A model generated the notes under the pieces. The model did no database searches. It was given only the letters and a program-made list of their open reading frames with translations, and was not told the origin of the DNA. This document shows, piece by piece, positions 60,643-64,000 of a DNA stretch of 64,000 nt. Source of the stretch: Camelus ferus (Eukaryota). A program made the translations under genes and the position numbers. Each line of letters starts with the position of its first letter. The stretch's first letter is position 1. The stretch is taken from positions 45,200,001-45,264,000 of the forward strand of contig NC_045697.1 of the NCBI RefSeq assembly GCF_009834535.1, written 5' to 3'.

Positions 60643-61739
60643 AGACATTTTTTTCTTTTTTTAAAGTATAAAGTCACCTTATAGGATTTAATGAAAATTT
60701 GCTGTATGATACAAAAACATGGTTGGAAAAAAAGCTTTGTTTTCCAGGTATGAAAGCCATTAATTTGGATTTTATAAAATCAAAGAACTCATTTGATTAT
60801 CATCAGCTTATTTCCCCCAGTCGTCCCACCCCCCCACCCCCTACAAATGTACGGGGGGACATTGAGTCAATCGGACTTGCCCTTCTAGAGAAAAGCCAGT
60901 TAAACTGCTTACCCACAAAAAAAATGTTATCTTTTTCATTTCAGTCCAAACTGTCTTTACTTATGGAGTAATAATTCCACTTTCCAAAATGTTCTCAGAG
61001 AAAAAAGAATAATTTTAACATAACTTCTTTTTAAAAAATATTATAGCCAAGAGGGATTTTTTCCCTCAATTCCGCTCTTGCTAAAAATTGATTTCTTCTT
61101 TGCAATGTTGATAATCAATAAAAGCCTGTAGCCAAACTCCCCAAAGCACCCGTGGTAACCCAGTCCTTCGATAAATCCAGGGCCTCTCCCAGGGGTTTCC
61201 CGGCCAAACCACCCCACCACTTTTATGATGATACATGAGGGTCAGATCCAGGGACTTACCCGACATCCTCTAAATTAAAAGTCATTAGAGCAGGTAGTTT
61301 AAGGAACAGATTTATAACAAGTTTCAAATGAAACAAAGGTATTCCTCACAGCTGTGAGCCATCTGCAACCAATTTCCTCATACTCGGGGTATACTGAAGA
61401 TAAATATTGTCCTCATACCCACCCCACCCCCTCAGCACACGCAGAGACTCATATAATATGCCACCCGGAGGAGCCTGAACGTTTCCAAGGTGTGCAGCTG
61501 TTCAGCCTCCCTTTGGCCTTTCTCTTGTAGTTCATATCAATTTCAAATCATTACTACGCTTATTACCCAGACCCTTACATTGCTGTTGAACCTGAATAAG
61601 CTGGTCAGAAAAATAAGGATCATTTAATTGCCATGAGGTTCACAGCTATGACTGATTATTATTCAATGTGGTGGTGAGTAATATTAGAATCACAGTCTGG
61701 GTAATTTCCCATAAGAGTGCAGAGAAACATATGAACACA

Positions 61740-61955
61740 GAGCAATATATCCTAGCGGTCCAGAGCAGGGCTTGGCTCGGACAGACCTGGATTTAAAGCT
61801 TTCTACTAGCTATGTAAGCTTGACTTCCGTTTTCCTCAACTGTGACCTGGGGATGTGTATAGTATCTGCTTCCTGGGGTTCTGGGGAAGATTCAGTAGGA
61901 TCATGCATGGAAAATCTCTAGAAGGTATTCAGCATCCAAGAAAGGTTAGTTTGTG
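61740..61955 (+). mobile_element. MIR SINE
   Basis: CAGACCTGGATTTAAAG…CTACTAGCTATGT…TTTCCTCAACTGT…GGGGAT. Confidence 0.7.
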
Positions 61956-62434
61956 AATAATATATTCAAAGTTACTTTGATTGACCATGATGACTACATG
62001 ATAAAGCATAAAGATGTGAATACTGTCTCAGGAATCTCTTTGATCGGTCACCTCCTGGCACTGAATGCTACACTACACAATACAAACTGTGGTGATCCCA
62101 GCATTCACTTCCCAAACTGTCCTGCATAGACATTAGCTTCCCATAAGATGTAACAGGTCCCCCATTCTCTCTCTTTCTATTGATAAACAAGGTAGATAAT
62201 GTTGGGTTGAATACAAATAGTCTTTCCTATTTGATTGTCTTCACAGAGTCTTTAATATGCTGATTGTCACTGTCAATTTCAGCACGTGGTGATGGCAGCA
62301 ACCATGGCTGTAACGGTGGGGATTACAGTTTACCTGGTTTCCTAGTCTTATTTTACCAAAGAACACTTTGTTGGTTGGTTTGTTTTTCACAGAATATCCA
62401 TATAGGTGGTTTATTAAATGGTCCAAGGTTGGTG

Positions 62435-62500
62435 TGTGCCTTCCTTAGTGCGTTTGGGCTGCCATAACAAAAATACAGTAGACTGAGTGGCTTAAACACA
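62435..62500 (-). mobile_element. MaLR LTR 3'-terminal fragment
   Basis: TTAGTGCGTTTGGGCTGCCATAACAAAAATACAGTAGACTGAGTGGCTTAAAC. Confidence 0.65.
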
Positions 62501-64000
62501 GACCAGCAGATCCGCTGCGTAAGTAGACATTTGGTTAGGGAATTAGATGTCTCGCTCTCCTTCCGAAAGGATCTGCCAAATTTTGAGGAAGTATTGACTA
62601 GTGCTTTCTTTACTTGGTCTTTGGGGTGAAGAAGCAGCCCCTTTTTTCACAGGAAAGAGAGGGAAGAGCTTTGGCACTTCACACCCTTGAACTTGTACCT
62701 TCTCCTTTCCCCTCCTCCCCGCTCCCTACTCTTCATGCACAGGAGATGGGGTTGGGTGTGGGTGATAAGGGCAGGTCTCTGAGGTGGCTTAGCTGCCACT
62801 GATGAAGCCCTAGACATAGTAAGAATCTGGTTTCCAATTGCTTCCAATTCTCTTTACTCTCTAGAATGTGGATTATTCCTGACTTTGGGTCCTGTTCAGC
62901 AGAAAAGTCTGCTCAACATTTTGTAACTATTGTTAAGTTCTGTAAATGCTGGATTCTAGGTTTTGTGAAGACAGGGCTCATGATTGCCTTGTTCATTTAT
63001 ATCCCCCAGTACTTAGTACTTAATAATAGGAACTCAGTAAATGTTTGTTGAATGAATAGATAATAATCACTTAGGGAACTTGTTTAGTACAGATGACCAG
63101 GCTTTACTGGCAGAAATTCTCACTTGATAGGTCTGATTTGATGGGACACACTTTGAGAAATACTGGCTAGTCCATAAACAGATTAACCTTGTATGATTCT
63201 TCACCTATGGGTTAATGATTGCTTAAACACATGTTTGTAATGGTGATTTCAGCAACTCTCTCGTGACTGCATTTGAAAAAAATATATATACAGACATACA
63301 GCCACAAATGCACACACATCACACATAGGCAAGAGAAAGAGAAAATAAGGTACAGAAGTGATGTTTAAAACAACACTTTGGGACTCATGAATACATACCC
63401 TCATGGAAAATGTCCTTGGAAAACCCTATAACCATTTCTGACTTTTACGTATGGGTAGAAGTTCCTTCTCTTATTGTGATTAAATCACGTTTATATGGTG
63501 CAAAGCAAGATTCCTTAATTCCCAGGGTCCTTGTCTGTGGTGAAACCCTGGAAGGGGCCATGGGTGGGGCTCTGGAGCTCCCACTTTGCAGATGGTACCA
63601 GTTGTAAGAGTAAATACTGGATGTGAGTCTCTAGAGTTTTCGGTACAATGTATTTCACAAGTGCAGAATAGAAATTGTAACCCCAGTACTTCCAAAGAGT
63701 GGTCATTATCACCATAGATGTAGAAAATCTGCTTAAACTGTATACCAGGGTAAATGAACCCCAAAGAATCTGATTTAATTGGGAAAGATTTGAATTGATA
63801 AAGATAATATTTTTAACAGAAATGGACACAAATAGCTACAATTTGTCTTATTTCATGTATTTCTTGTAACGATGTTTTTATTGAAATATACGTACAGCAA
63901 AATGCACTTCATACGTTTGCTTTTGTTTTCACATTGTATAATGAAAATTCTGTTATAAACAGAATAAATATTCTAAAATCTTGTTGTTATTTGAAATGAA

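Overview
Eutherian mammalian genomic DNA, most likely a camelid (alpaca/llama/camel), judged from six tRNA-derived SINEs that resemble the camelid Vic-1 family. The first ~11.5 kb holds the 3' end of RASGEF1B on the + strand: four coding exons (4831-4926, 5286-5409, 6583-6655, 10562-10586) that splice in frame with GT-AG boundaries into the C-terminal 105 aa of the CDC25-type RasGEF domain (…DRWKSLRSSLLGRV*), followed by a 3' UTR. The remaining ~52 kb looks intergenic. It is filled with L1 fragments, solo ERV/MaLR LTRs, MIR/L2/L3 relics, hAT and Tigger DNA transposon fossils and microsatellites. I found no other protein-coding gene, and the other ORFs in the track are repeat-derived or noise. 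I cannot support a wholly new biological system. The best leads are: a CTG/CCG repeat just after the stop codon that doubles as a miR-15/107-group site array; a read-through alternative C-terminus in the last intron; a candidate 7-nt poison microexon; no canonical poly(A) signal in the UTR; inverted SINEs bracketing three exons; an unidentified ~90-bp polyadenylated retrocopy nested in an L1; and several NF-kB/AP-1/CTCF motif clusters. Repeat family names come from my recall of consensus sequences, and repeat boundaries are approximate unless a TSD is given.
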